A program made the position numbers and the translations under genes. A stretch of 64,000 nt of DNA, taken from NCBI RefSeq assembly GCF_001194135.2, contig NC_068995.1, forward strand, positions 57,932,827 through 57,996,826, written 5' to 3'. Under the pieces are notes generated by a model, which was not told the origin of the DNA, searched no databases, and worked only from the letters and a program-made list of their open reading frames with translations. Each line of letters opens with the position of its first letter. The stretch's first letter is position 1. Below, one piece after another: positions 50,301 through 61,300 of the stretch. The stretch is from Octopus bimaculoides (taxonomy: Eukaryota).

Positions 50301-52361
50301 GTTTTTATTTGGGCACAAAGCTAATGATTTTAAAAGGAAGGGGATAAACTGATATCATTGGCCTCAATATTTGACAACGACTTTATTATTTTATTGACCC
50401 TGAAAGGTTAAAAGCAAAATTAACCTTGATTTTATTTGAACTCAGAAATGTAAAGGATCAGAAGAAATACCACAATGCATTTCATTTTAAACTTTAATGA
50501 TTCTCATTATCATCATCATCGTTTAACGTCCTGTAGTAAACATGATTAAAATTCCTCCAGTTTTTGATCCCTATTTTATTCAATTGTTCCAACAAGAATA
50601 GAAAGCAAAGTTGGCCTGGATGTTATATGAACTCAGAATGCTAAAGGATGTAGCTAAATACCACAAAGCATTTCATGTGACACCTTTTCTAAACATTTTG
50701 GCATTGAAACAGTGGTACAGATTTGAAGATGAGGAGTAATTTGACTCAATTAACAATAATAACAGAACCCTTCTCTTCATTTGCCATACAGCCACTGAAA
50801 AAGAACCAACACTGCTACAAAAAAAAGTGCCATAAACTTTGTATACATAGAAAAAAATAGCAAATATAACTAATGAGTAAAATAAAAGCTTCAGTCCTAC
50901 TCTCCCAACAACACTCAAAAAATGAAAACTGAGAGCCACTTAAAACAGTAACAGAGTCCTAATGTAACACTTATCCCTTCCAGCAGTAGTATATGTTCCC
51001 TCTCAAGACAAATCAAACAATTGAAGTGGAAGGTTGGCTCATTCATTCATTTCATATATTTTAAAATGTTTCCTTAATGGCAGAATCACACTCTGCTATT
51101 ATTGTCTTCTTCAAGTGATACTTGACAAAGACAATGAGTGTTCAGATGGATGATAAAAGTCTAAAATTCTGCCACATCATCAGCATTTGCCATTGCCACC
51201 TGGCAGAGAGCACTATCTGACCATCACTACAAAAGGAAGATAGTGAAATAATCAACATAAATGATTTATTCAATAACTTTGTTTCTCTCTACAAGTGTGT
51301 AAGCCAATGTTTGCATAACCCCAAAAAGATGATGTGTGGAGAATAGCTTTCTCATATGTATCCTTATCCCACATACCCACAGCCATGCCAGGTTAGTAAC
51401 ACTGCCTTAACTACACAACTTATTCAGTCTCAATAATAGCATCACAACAACAATTTCTGAAGAAACTCAGATAATGATCTGCAGTTTTTCCTCGCTGATG
51501 GCCAGAATACCCATTATTGCTGTATAACATGTCTGTCACTATGCTTCTATCAAAAGCATAGTCTAATGCTAATTAGCTACCTTACGCCTGTCCTTGGCTA
51601 TAAAAAGCTAAGAAAAAGACAATCTGCTGATGTCTTAACCTTACCAAACGCCTGTTTATGAACCTCCAAAGAATCATGCACGTTCAGAGACCATAGAATA
51701 AGTGTCAGTAAGAAAACAAAAGAAAAAAAACCTTCTAGCAAGGACATCAGCTAATTTCTATTGAAATCACTAAAAGTTAAATGAGATTATGAATACAATC
51801 TCTTTCTCTATTTGTGAAAGATTTGTGAGGGAAGTCTTATCAAAGAACAAGACCAAATGAGAAAGGAGTTATCATGTGGTTAAGAAGTTTGCTTCTGTTA
51901 CTACATGGCTTTGGATTCAGACCCGTGGTAAGGCACTTTATGAAAATCTTGTAAGTGGATTTGTTAGTTGGAAACTGAGAGAAGCGCGCGCGCGCGTGTG
52001 TGTGTTGACATCTTGTAATAGTTGTAATTGAACAACAGGTCATACAATCAGTGCTCTTTGTTTCCAATCTTCTACAAAAAATGTCCTGTTTGGAGGAAAT
52101 TTTGGAAACAGGTAAGGAAGAATATGCAACAATTATAGAAAATCTGAGAATGAGTGAAGAATGCAAGAGTCATCATCATCATCATCGTTTAACATCCGCT
52201 TTCTATGCTAGTATGGGTTGAACTGCTATATTAGGCCAACCAATTTCAAAGAGCAGCAGCAATTGTAGTACCACAAGGAAAGCAAAGAGAAGAGACACCA
52301 TACGTGTGGGCCAGAGGTTGGAGAGAGAGAGAGAGGAGAAGGAAAGAGTGAGTGTGTGTGT

Positions 52362-52393
<32 letters not shown>

Positions 52394-55300
52394 ATAACTT
52401 ATGTCTATCAGTCTAGTGACTTTTCTTAAGATACTGTCAAGAACATGGGTGTGTAGCAGCAGAACCATCCCAAATTTAGAAGCAGCATTCCATTGTGGGT
52501 CTCATCTGAGCTTTGTGAAAAATTAATAGTTGCTGAGGGCTCCAAAGAAAGAAGCCACACTTCATTTTCCATTAGTAAAGATCCTCAGTAATGGTGAGGT
52601 CTCACATTTGAAACATACATCAAACATAAGGGTTCTTGTTGCATACTTGCACTCCATGGTTATATATCTATTAGCAGCTAAACCCGGTTTCGACCGGTCT
52701 GTTTGGTTGATGTGGCTGTGATTGTTTTCGGTTAGGCATAATCTATAACAGCTTTTCTCAACCATATCATTTCAGGTCCCCTGTTTTGATTGGAGCCTCA
52801 GCTGTGTGAACATTTCCCGATTACCCCTTCCCCTGTCAGAGAACAGCTTCAGATGTGAACGAATTTGTATGTAGTCTGTTTCTGAGAGCTATTTCTATTG
52901 GACCTCTGTCTAATCATTAAAACATTGATTTAATTTTGAACATAGAAAGATGTCGTGATGAGTGACGTCTTTTAAGGTACACACACATACATAGAAAATG
53001 TGAGGTCATCGAATAAAATTTTTACAATAGTTGATTTGTGGAAAAGATTATGTTAAATTTTTGAAATGCAAATATGTGAATAAAAATTAAGTTCAGACCT
53101 CTACATGGTAGCTAGACCTGGTAGAAATAGCAGGCAAATCTCCCTCAAAACACCCTACTGTCTTAATCCGACAATTCTGCCTATTATGTAGTTTGAATGA
53201 GAAACTGTAACTAAAGATGAAGATTACTAACCCCACAAAGACGTGAAAGATGAGAGACAGCAAAAGTTTTGGCTGACTGTCATCCTGTACTCGCAAAATG
53301 GTATATGCTGGCTTTTTACATGCCACCAGCATGGGGGTCAGTCAGGTGACACTGGCATCGACCATGTTTGAATGGTGCTTTTTTAAGTGCCACTGACATG
53401 GGAGCCAGTCAGGCAACACTGCTGCTCTGATGCAGTAGCAGGCAGTGGCTTTCATGGCTTCTCATCTTAACTGATTGCAAGTGTTATCATGTACAATGTT
53501 TTGTCTCAGTATAAAAAGATGGGCGACAGCAAATATTTTGCTCAATACCACAGATTTGCTTGTCAGTTGTTTGACCTTAACCAGTTGAGCATGTCTCTTG
53601 GTAGCTGACGATATGTGCATCTCTGATCATGAGTAGGAGTAATCAGAGGAGCATCATAGCCATGTGTTGGGAGGGATTCATTTGGGGTTTGGATAATTCA
53701 CTTCTGGAAACATGGGTGTTTCATTCAACATCTTTAAACAACCCTTATTCAGGGACCTTTTGAGCGAGATGGGCCACTCGACCTGAAGAAAATTCAAACT
53801 GGGCCCCACCTGCAAGGTCATGTGCTGCTTATCTTGATAAGCATTTCATCCAGCACACTAAGGATTCTGCCAGCTCACTGCCAATAATAATAATAGTTTA
53901 GGATGCATCACTCAAAATCTGACATAGAAAGGTTATATATACAATGTATAGAAGGTGGTAGAGGCTAGAAAACTATTACAAAATAACCACCATAGGACTA
54001 AAAACAATAGCTACTTTAGAAGCAGGGAAAACTAATACAAATAGTTAAAAAACATGAACAAAACAAGAAACTGTTTTCAGTCTTTAAGGAAGCTGACAAA
54101 TACAAAAAAGAAGTCATACTACGTAACAACTATGAAGAAAAAGAAGAAACAAAAGCTGTAAAACAACTGAAATCCAAACTAAAACTGGAACAGATCATAA
54201 TAAAATGATGGCAAGAAGAGCCCCTTCATGGCAAATACTGGGTTAAACTAAATGCAAAATCCCAACAATGGCTGAGAAGCTGAGGACCCAAAGCAGAGAC
54301 TGAAGGGTTTTTTTTATCTCAGCCAGATATAAGCTAGTTTCAAATTCAACTGCTCTTCCCCAGGAGACAAGACCAGGTATTTGCATATTCTATCTAGAGC
54401 TTAAATGAAATGATTCAGGGATGAAATTTACCAAGAGTTTCCACTCTAATACAACCATAAGTTATCAACCTTATAGCTATGTTTAGAAACACTCATATAG
54501 TGAAAGTGATTTTGTGTGTCTCTGTTTGTATATAAGCAGAGATCAAGAGATAAGGTGATGGTGGAAAGGAGATATGTACAAACTCAAAACTTGCTCTGAA
54601 TACTCCAGATATTGAAGTAGTGACAAACATAGAGTATTAGCTATAAAGGTAATAACTGAAGAACGTTGCTTAAAATCATATCCAAATTAACCCTTTGGCA
54701 TTTAAACAGAGTCTCAAATATTCTACCTGTTTTATGTTCAAACTCACCAGATTCAACTTTTCACACCTATCCTACAATGCTATTGTAAAAATAAACAGTC
54801 ATATCATTGAAATCTTGAAGCTACAAGAAAATGCATGATTACTTCAAAATAATGTAAATAAATAGGCATTAAACTTGACAGAATGATCTGAATGCTAAAC
54901 GGTTGAATCATGGCACAAACTTCAATTACCAAACACTGTCTGTATCTTTGATAAATTACATAAAATAATTTCAACAGGAAATTAATAGATAAATCAATAG
55001 AAAATAAATAGATTTTAAAAGACCAGTAAAATAAGAATAATAAAAAGAGAAAAAAAACGGATTAATGAAGAATCAGATTTTTCATATAAACCATTTTGAT
55101 CAGATTTTGATCAAACATTTTGTTTGTTTTTGGGAAAGATGTTTTACAAATGAGGGTTTTTATTATATAGAAACCATTACTTATGCTAAACATGAAAAAG
55201 TTAAATAATTTTTTAAGCATTAGCTGGAAAAAACACCATCTTTTAATACAATGTTCAAATACAAAAGAAAAGAATTATTAATAGTACCAAAAAGAAAAGT

Positions 55301-56783
55301 TAAAAAGTAGAAGTTGTGGATATCATTTCAAGGGGTAACAAAAAAAGAAAAAAGAAATTAAATATGAGAAAAGGTTTTGAAGAATATTTCTCTAGAGTAT
55401 AAAATATTGAGAAAAATTCATATTTTCAACTGAGTAATTAAGTAATACTAAGTTGATCCCATTTCTAAAATAGATGTTTTATAAGATCTTTTTGTTTTTT
55501 GTTTTAGCCAGACCAGGCTGGTTAATGTCAAAGGCTAAATTCATTTCAAATGAAACTATTGGAGGAAGGGAGAGGTGAGTCCAAATCTCTCCAATGTAAG
55601 AGAAAAGAAACAAGAGAGTGGGAAAAGAAGATAGAAGATAGAGAGAGAGAGTAAAGAGGTTCAATAGAGCAACAATAACCTACCCTTGACCAACGTTTCC
55701 GAGAGATGCAAAGTTTTGATAAGTGGATTTCTGGTCTTGAGGAAGTCCTGAGCTGCATCCTGGTTGAACAAGCTGCACTTGTCCAAAGTTGGCTGAGTGG
55801 GGCGACAAAAGAGCAGTGACCTGCTGTGTGCCAGCAACTGAACTAATGGATGGTGTTGTGGTGACAACAGATGACTGACTGATTTCAGGAGCAGCTGCCA
55901 AAGCAGCAACTGTTGCCGGAACCGACAAGGATGAAGATGGTAGGGCTGGTGGTGGTGGTGGTGGTGGTGGCGGTGGTGGTGGTGGCAGTGACACTGCAGG
56001 AGGTGGCTGTGTAGACTGTGATACTGCTGCTGATGATGCTGTTACCACTGCTGATGACTGTGTCTGCGCCTGAGGGGTCGATATCAATGCCTGAAATTTG
56101 ATGAGTGACGAAGAATCACTGCAATCGTTTTCCGATGTCCCTAAAGTGGATGACAGAAATTCTTCCTCAGTCCATTTGAAGTCATTTTCATTAATTTGGT
56201 TATCAGCTGAGAGAGAGGAATCCTGCAACAGCACCGGCAATGAAAGAAGCAGACACTTATCAATTTTTCATTATTACTTTGACTTAGCATCGCATTTAAA
56301 CTCATATATCACGCTTTTGCATGAGCAAGTGTCTGTATGTGGAAGGTAGAGTCTATCTAACACACATACATGCATGCACACACACACACACACACTTTAG
56401 TAACCACTTTTATAATAAGCAAGCAATAAGTCTTTGCTCTAATGTTCAGTCAAGTTAAATTAAATTTGCAATCAAACTAATTTAATTTTTAAGTTAAGGG
56501 ATAGAGCAAATTAACAAACAATATTAGTGGAATAAATGTAATAAGAGATATATGTAATATATATTCAATATAAACTAATTCTAAATTCATAGAAATTAAT
56601 ATCTTGAAAGAAAACGGAAGTTATTCTGTCACAAAATACAAACTCAAATAAAACAGGAAGCTTATAACATCACATTAATAAAATGAAGATATAAACTACA
56701 TTATATGACTACACAAGAATATGCCAATTGAACTTACCACATCAGTTCCATCTTTTAAAAACTCATTCAAAAGCTTTGGGTCT
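20858..56783 (-). CDS. BICRA: BICRA/GLTSCR1-like protein (BRD4-interacting ncBAF/GBAF subunit); 9 coding exons in window, 5'-incomplete; join(56783-56738,56222-55684,39043-36163,33739-33305,31734-31622,29502-29354,27316-27222,25168-25066,23034-20858), >=2178 aa
   Basis: All introns are GT-AG and phases chain correctly (2,0,2,0,0,2,1,0,1). The spliced product contains [38 protein letters not shown]...[50 protein letters not shown], matching the GLTSCR1 domain as I recall it (human ..[46 protein letters not shown]). It also has N-terminal DPKLLNEFL (human DPQALNDFL) and C-terminal AAVQSILM*. Confidence 0.92.
23971..24173. mobile_element. piggyBac-type MITE family 2 copy
   Basis: Ends aatgctaaaggg|TTAA; interior is the reverse complement of the 54687 copy. 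Confidence 0.75.
25066..25168 (-). CDS. BICRA: BICRA-like coding exon (103 nt), GLTSCR1 domain part 3
   Basis: [34 protein letters not shown]; acceptor ttattttattaaAG, donor GTAAAG. Confidence 0.92.
27222..27316 (-). CDS. BICRA: BICRA-like coding exon (95 nt), GLTSCR1 domain part 2
   Basis: (A)[31 protein letters not shown]; acceptor gtattccattAG, donor GTAAGT. Confidence 0.92.
29354..29502 (-). CDS. BICRA: BICRA-like coding exon (149 nt), GLTSCR1 domain part 1
   Basis: Not in the ORF track; translates [49 protein letters not shown]; acceptor tatttcaaaacAG, donor GTTAGT. Confidence 0.92.
30684..31085 (-). mobile_element. Older RTE LINE 3' UTR copy
   Basis: (CAT)n-cgtttaacgtctgctttccatgc... 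homologous to 49611-50040. Confidence 0.8.
31622..31734 (-). CDS. BICRA: BICRA-like coding exon (113 nt), EFDKNLVQ...ELSKGV
   Basis: Acceptor atttctttccAG, donor GTAAGT; phase 0-2. Confidence 0.85.
33305..33739 (-). CDS. BICRA: BICRA-like coding exon (435 nt), helical segment plus polyQ/H
   Basis: ORF 33296..33739; acceptor ttgttttccAG, donor CAG|GTGGGT; 145 codons, phase 0-0. Confidence 0.85.
34008..34272 (+). mobile_element. RTE LINE 3' UTR copy, opposite orientation
   Basis: Ends gcatggaaagcggacgttaaa; reverse complement aligns to 30695-30900. Confidence 0.8.
34770..35095 (+). mobile_element. Second SINE type with tRNA-like head and gtgtccttgagcaagacactt core
   Basis: The core motif is widespread in metazoan SINE superfamilies; single copy in this window, family not assigned. 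Confidence 0.45.
35333..35563. mobile_element. piggyBac-type MITE family 2 copy (degenerate TIRs)
   Basis: Interior homologous to 54700-54900. Confidence 0.7.
36163..39043 (-). CDS. BICRA: BICRA-like giant coding exon (2881 nt), Q/S/T/A-rich low-complexity region
   Basis: ORF 36058..38640 stays open upstream to acceptor tctctatttcAG at 39044-39045 (checked codon by codon); donor AAG|GTTTGT at 36162. Confidence 0.88.
39945..40175 (+). mobile_element. tRNA-head SINE, same family as 60390
   Basis: atggctgtgtggtaagaag...ggttcagtccca (A/B-box-like) followed by the shared body ttctatagg...gacagaaactggaagaagccc. Confidence 0.65.
44090..44315 (+). mobile_element. Best-preserved copy of the most abundant short interspersed repeat in the window (SINE-like)
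   Basis: Core ctggtacttattttatcgaccccgaaaggatgaaaggcaaagtcgacctcggcggaatttgaactcagaac recurs at about 4330, 5680, 5895, 16243(-), 17095, 18878, 25650(-), 25845, 26870, 27050, 28430, 41385, 41590, 41715, 45390, 50150, 50300, 50560, 58375 and 60270. Confidence 0.8.
47267..47350. repeat. Perfect (AG)n microsatellite, about 42 units
   Basis: Direct reading. Confidence 0.95.
49611..50140 (-). mobile_element. Young 5'-truncated RTE LINE 3' end
   Basis: Minus strand [34 protein letters not shown] (RTE C-terminus); 3' UTR nearly identical to 57133-57347; (CAT)n tail on +. Confidence 0.9.
54090..54312 (+). mobile_element. RLE-type (R4/Dong-like) LINE fragment, post-RT region
   Basis: Reads [35 protein letters not shown], resembling the W..K.LHG.Y..WLR.G.LK.ETEG segment of R4-type LINEs. 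Confidence 0.55.
54687..54907. mobile_element. piggyBac-type MITE, family 2 (TTAA, TIR CCCTTTRGCATT)
   Basis: TTAA|ccctttggcatt ... aatgctaaacggttgaa; further copies at 35333-35563 (same orientation), 23971-24173 and 42943-43135 (opposite orientation). Confidence 0.75.
55684..56222 (-). CDS. BICRA: BICRA-like coding exon (539 nt), acidic/Ser-rich with poly-Pro
   Basis: Inside ORF 55680..56240; acceptor tgttgcAG, donor GTAGGT; 179 codons +2 nt, joins the phase-2 start of the 39043 exon (GQG|IPIQVIQ). Confidence 0.85.
56738..56783 (-). CDS. BICRA: BICRA-like coding exon (46 nt), [15 protein letters not shown]
   Basis: Acceptor ttttcaactcAG, donor GTAAGT; encodes the conserved N-terminal DPxxLNxFL motif; ends phase 0, matching the next exon. 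Confidence 0.85.
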
Positions 56784-57116
56784 CTGAGTTGAAAAGGAAA
56801 ACAAAGGCACTTTATAATTAGATGAGGAATGGAGGGAGAAAAATAAAACCAAAAAAAAACAACATTGATTACGAATAATGTTAACATCAGCAGCGATGAT
56901 GATGATGATGATGATGATGATATCAGTAGTATTGTTTCAGAAATAGTATATTACCAGACTCAGTGTCTTGCCATGTAAATCTATATCACTTATGTTTATA
57001 GTATTCAAATCTCAGCAAGTCCAACAATCAATGAAGTACTAGAGAGCAACTTCATCCATTTGATAACCTGCTTGAAAGTGCTTCAAGTTTTGTTTCACAA
57101 AATATTAAAGGTACTT

Positions 57117-58127
57117 CATCATCATCATCATCATCGTTTAACGTCCGCTTTCCATGCTAGCATGGGTTGGACGATTTGACTGAGGACTGGTGAAACCGGA
57201 TGGCAACACCAGGCTCCAGTCTGATTTGGCAGAGTTTCTACAGCTGGATGCCCTTCCTAACGCCAACCACTCAGAGAGTGTAGTGGGTGCTTTTACGTGT
57301 CACCCGCACGAAAACGGCCACGCTCGAAATGGTGTCTTTTATGTGCCNNNNNNNNNNNNNNNNNNNNNNNNNNNNNNNNNNNNNNNNNNNNNNNNNNNNN
57401 NNNNNNNNNNNNNNNNNNNNNNNNNNNNNNNNNNNNNNNNNNNNNNNNNNNNNNNNNNNNNNNNNNNNNNNNNNNNNNNNNNNNNNNNNNNNNNNNNNNN
57501 NNNNNNNNNNNNNNNNNNNNNNNNNNNNNNNNNNNNNNNNNNNNNNNNNNNNNNNNNNNNNNNNNNNNNNNNNNNNNNNNNNNNNNNNNNNNNNNNNNNN
57601 NNNNNNNNNNNNNNNNNNNNNNNNNNNNNNNNNNNNNNNNNNNNNNNNNNNNNNNNNNNNNNNNNNNNNNNNNNNNNNNNNNNNNNNNNNNNNNNNNNNN
57701 NNNNNNNNNNNNNNNNNNNNNNNNNNNNNNNNNNNNNNNNNNNNNNNNNNNNNNNNNNNNNNNNNNNNNNNNNNNNNNNNNNNNNNNNNNNNNNNNNNNN
57801 NNNNNNNNNNNNNNNNNNNNNNNNNNNNNNNNNNNNNNNNNNNNNNNNNNNNNNNNNNNNNNNNNNNNNNNNNNNNNNNNNNNNNNNNNNNNNNNNNNNN
57901 NNNNNNNNNNNNNNNNACACATCCAACGGAGCATACTGGCTTCATTCCTTGCGAGCTTACGTATGTCCTCAGCAGTTACAGCCCATGTTTCACTGCCATG
58001 TAGCATGGTTGTTCGTACGCATGCGTCATACAGTCTGCCTTTTACTCTGAGTGAGAGTCCCTTTGTCGCCAGCAGGGGTAAGAGCTCTCTAAACTTTGCC
58101 CAGGCTATTCTTATTCTAGCAGCTATA
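57117..58127 (-). mobile_element. Young 5'-truncated RTE (BovB-like) LINE with (GAT)n tail; middle in a gap
   Basis: 58127-57917 reads an intact IAARIRIAWAKFRELLPLLATKGLSLRVKGRLYDACVRTTMLHGSETWAVTAEDIRKLARNEASMLRWMC; 3' UTR and (CAT)n on + at 57117-57347. Confidence 0.9.
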
Positions 58128-58744
58128 AGAAAAATTAAAACTTTCTGTCATAATTTCATGTAAGCACCTTTTTTCAAGTTATGCTTCAAACACCTGCTCA
58201 GTAATGACAAAGTTATTTTACTAATCCACTCTAAATTTTTGATGATTTTCAAAACTAAAAAGTAATATATTTCATCAAAAATATTGTTGCAAAAAGGATT
58301 AAATGACTACAACCACTCGTCTAAAATTTGTAGCTTTGTACCAACCAGTGTTAGGAATCATTGTTATTGTGAAAAGAGTGGTGTATTAGCAAAATTGTTG
58401 CAAGTGTATCAGACAAAATACCAAGTGGTATTTCTTCAGGCCATGTTTGTTTCAGGGTAACGCCACCAAGTTTATAGGAGATTGAGAACCAATTAAACCG
58501 ACATTAGTGTATACCTGGCACTTATATTATTTATCCAGCAAGACTGAACAGTATAGTTGAATGTGATGGGATTTGAACCAGGAAATTAAGAGAGATGAGA
58601 GTAAATACTGAAAGGTACTTAACCTGATGCTCTACAAATTCTACCAATTCTGCTACTGAAAGCAATAGTTAATTGTCAAAAATGTTGATGACAATTGATT
58701 TCATTTGAACTTGGTATATTTGAACATATTTTAATCTCACTAAT

Positions 58745-58900
58745 GGTGTTGGTGTTAGGAAGGACATCCAGTCATAAAAACCACACCAAAATAGACACAG
58801 AAGCATAGCACAGGTTCCTGCCTGGCCGGCTCCTGTCAAACCGTCCAACCCATGCCAGCATGGAAGGAAGATGTTAAACGATGATGATGATGATGATGAT
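58745..58900 (+). mobile_element. SINE/RTE-type 3' tail fragment
   Basis: tggtgttaggaaggacatccag...acccatgccagcatggaa..gttaaacgatgatgatg. Confidence 0.65.
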
Positions 58901-59485
58901 AGAAAAAGACAAGCTATGCAACTACACAGACTGTTGCAGACGAGATAGTTAAACACCGAAGATCTCACCAGCTACAGTCTAACAAAAGACTTTTTTATTT
59001 TTCTTTAAGCATAGCTACGTATGTCAATATGATTAAGCAAATAGTTGTGACATCACGAAAAGGCAAAGAAAAAAAAAATTGGAAAACTAAGCCATATGTG
59101 ATGTATTGAACTGGGTTTTCTAATGCTATCATATATATATAGCTCTGATCCAGCAGAGCTCACAACAACAGTATTTAATTTCATAAAAATCGGAGACATT
59201 ATATAACATTTAGTCCATTACAATGAGAATGTAAATAGTTGTTTTTGAAACTCCAATAAGTTAATAGCTGTCAAGCTGATAATTTATCTTGGTGTGGACA
59301 TTTTGGTTTTAGCTCTAAGCTCGTATTTTAGACAGAATAAAAATGGTTGGTTTAGATGACTGATATCTTTCACTGGTAGAAACAAAATTTTTCACTTCAT
59401 AAAACTGTACAGTTTTTAAGGAAATCCAAATAGTCAGTCTTTAATGTCAGACTCTGTCAATAATAATCCAGAATACTTTCCTACA

Positions 59486-59715
59486 TTAACCCTTTCGTTT
59501 CCAACCCGGCTGAAACCGGCTCTGGCTTTGTAGTACAAATGTCTTGTTTTCATAAGTTTTTAATTAAAATCTTCCACCAAACCTTAGTCACAATTTATGT
59601 TCCTAACACGAGCTTAATGATAACTAAGTTATTTTACTAAATTCTTTGTTATATTTAAAATTAATTGAAAGAAACACAGAGCATCTCAATGGAAATACGG
59701 TAACGAAAGGGTTAA
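59486..59715. mobile_element. piggyBac-type MITE, family 1: TTAA TSD, TIR CCCTTTCGTT.CC, 222 bp
   Basis: TTAA|ccctttcgtttcc ... ggtaacgaaaggg|TTAA. Confidence 0.85.
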
Positions 59716-60389
59716 CAGAAGACCATGGATTTCTAAGGAAAGAAGATAGTTGAATCAATTTTATTATATGAACAATACTGAAGAGATGACTAACATTTCT
59801 ACTACTAAGGATACTCTCAAATTGAATAGTTAAATAAGCCATATATAATTAAACATAGTTAGACATATATGGTTAAACGAGCCATTTCCTGAAATGTCCA
59901 AAGAATCAGAAATATTTTACAATTTAGACAAAAAATTTGCAGAGATCACAGCACATTTGTCTCTGCATGTTTCGAGTTAACCAATCAATTTAGAAAACCT
60001 ATGTAATTAAAAATATATATCATGTTTCAAGAAAAACTTAGTTAGAAACAAGAAATATACTAAGTATAAATACAGTTTCTCACAAGGTATAAAGCCTGAG
60101 ATTTTATGGAATGGATTCAGAAGTATGTTCATCATTTGCCAAGAAAAATAGAAATTTAATAACCATAAAAGTTTCAATAAGTTCAAACAATCAAAATAAT
60201 GACCATGTTCACTAAGAATTTAGTGTTATCATGTTGTTTAAATAGAAGTTTCTCTAACCCAAGGCATAGTCAAACAAGATTTGAACTCAGAGTATAAAAA
60301 GTATCACAATGCATTTTGTTTATTGCTTTACTGCTTTTGCAGATTTCCTGAAAAATGACAATTGAAAAAGTCACCAAAGTTGAAAAAGA

Positions 60390-60822
60390 AAGGAGCAGAC
60401 ATGGATGAGTGGCTAAGAGGCTTGGGACCCAATCATAAGTGACACCATAAGCAGGTGTCTTCTACCTTAGTCCCAGGTCAACCAATGCCTTGTGAGTGGA
60501 TTAGGTATATAGAAACTGAAAGAAGATTGTGGTTGACAAATACATACGTGTGTGCATATATGTAAATTTGTACATGTGCATGTACCCTTGTCTCGACATC
60601 ATATGATGGTTATAAACGAGCATCATTGTCATACAAGTAAGGCAGTTTGTTTCCAGTCTTCTGTGGAAAACATTGTCTAGCTATGGGAAAATGTTACCTT
60701 GCTTGGAAACAGGTGATGGTTGGCAACCGGAGGGGTATCCAGTAACACCTGCCTTTACAAATTCCATCTGACCCATGCAAACAAAGAAAAGTGGGCACTG
60801 AATAATGATGATGATGATGGAC
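60390..60822 (+). mobile_element. tRNA-head SINE with central (TG/CA) tract and RTE-like (GAT)n tail
   Basis: Head and body shared with partial copies at 39945-40175, 48790-48950, 51870-52010 and (minus) 34620-34770, 28560-28680; tail acccatgc...gatgatgatg resembles the RTE 3' end. Confidence 0.6.
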
Positions 60823-60859
60823 AAGGACAGTTGTGTAAAGAAGTGCCAATCTCTAACTG

Positions 60860-61300
60860 TGGAGGGAACCTGTGGTAGAGGTAAACCCATGAAGGCATGG
60901 GATGAAGTGGTGGGGTATGATCTTTGAACTTTGGGCCTCACTTGGGCAATGGCTAGTGACTGTGACCTGTGGTGATATGCTGTGCTTGAGAAGACCTGTG
61001 AAGCCAAGTGAAACTGTAGTCATGGCTAATGCTGGAGTCACGTAAAGAGCACTTTTCGAGCATTGGGAATCGTGGAGACAAAGTGGCTGAGTGCCTTTCG
61101 AGTGTTGGGCCTCCCAGAGACAATGACCAAGACATTTGGCATTATGTCAAGCTTCAGAAGAAGACCCATCAAACCAAGTAAAATCGCACATAGAAACCAT
61201 GCCAAATCAGACTGGAGTCTGGTGCAGCCTTCCAGCTTGCTAGCCCTGATCAGACTGCATGGACAACAGGCACTAAATGATGACGATGATGATGATGATG
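60860..61300 (+). mobile_element. Decayed RTE LINE 3' end
   Basis: Homologous to the reverse complement of 49640-50140; ends in (GAT)n. Confidence 0.7.
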
